Assembly: GCF_006345805.1 (NCBI RefSeq)
Contig: NC_043002.1
Span: 23,126,001-23,190,000 of the forward strand
DNA: 64,000 bases
DNA from: Octopus sinensis
Taxonomy: Eukaryota
Direction: 5' to 3'
Shown here: positions 63,855 to 64,000 of the stretch, one piece after another
How positions within the stretch are numbered: position 1 is the first letter of the stretch
Layout: each line of letters starts with the position of its first letter
The notes under the pieces: model-generated
Told to the model about the DNA's origin: nothing
Databases searched by the model: none
What the model saw: only the letters and a program-made list of their open reading frames with translations
Position numbers and translations under genes: made by a program

Positions 63855-64000
63855 GCATCCGATCTGATGGATTGATACCTTTATATCGATCTCCAAAGGG
63901 ATGAAAGGAAAGTAGCCTTCGGCGAAGTTTGAACACGGAGCTCAGAGAATCGGAACAAATTCCGCAAAACATTCTGCCTGAGGCTCTAACGACTCTGATA
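63855..64000 (-). mobile_element. Old diverged SINE family A copy
   Basis: ATCGATCTCCAAAGGGATGAAAGG..TTTGAAC blocks. Confidence 0.55.

Overview
AT-rich, microsatellite-dense eukaryotic DNA with no host protein-coding gene or RNA gene that I can support. The repeat content resembles coleoid cephalopod, probably Octopus, genomic DNA (inference): several tRNA-type SINE families, RTE LINEs with C-terminal C2H2 fingers, R4/Dong-like LINE relics, mariner, hAT and Gypsy relics, and very long simple repeats. Almost all ORFs in the supplied track are microsatellite translations or decayed transposon pieces. Two things are not explained by ordinary transposon debris. (1) At least six type I hammerhead-ribozyme motifs lie in the first 8.4 kb, with three more degenerate ones at 42.5 and 47.1-47.5 kb. 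All have short palindromic stem III of the Penelope/retrozyme type, and two sit in the arms of a 647-bp near-perfect palindrome. (2) Four diverged ~1-kb modules are tandemly arrayed (1-7.7 kb) and look like a decayed, unidentified coding unit. A near-identical 1.2-kb tandem duplication at 60.0-62.5 kb may be an assembly artefact. All coordinates were read by eye; TSD/TIR-defined ends are exact, others approximate (about +/-20 bp).
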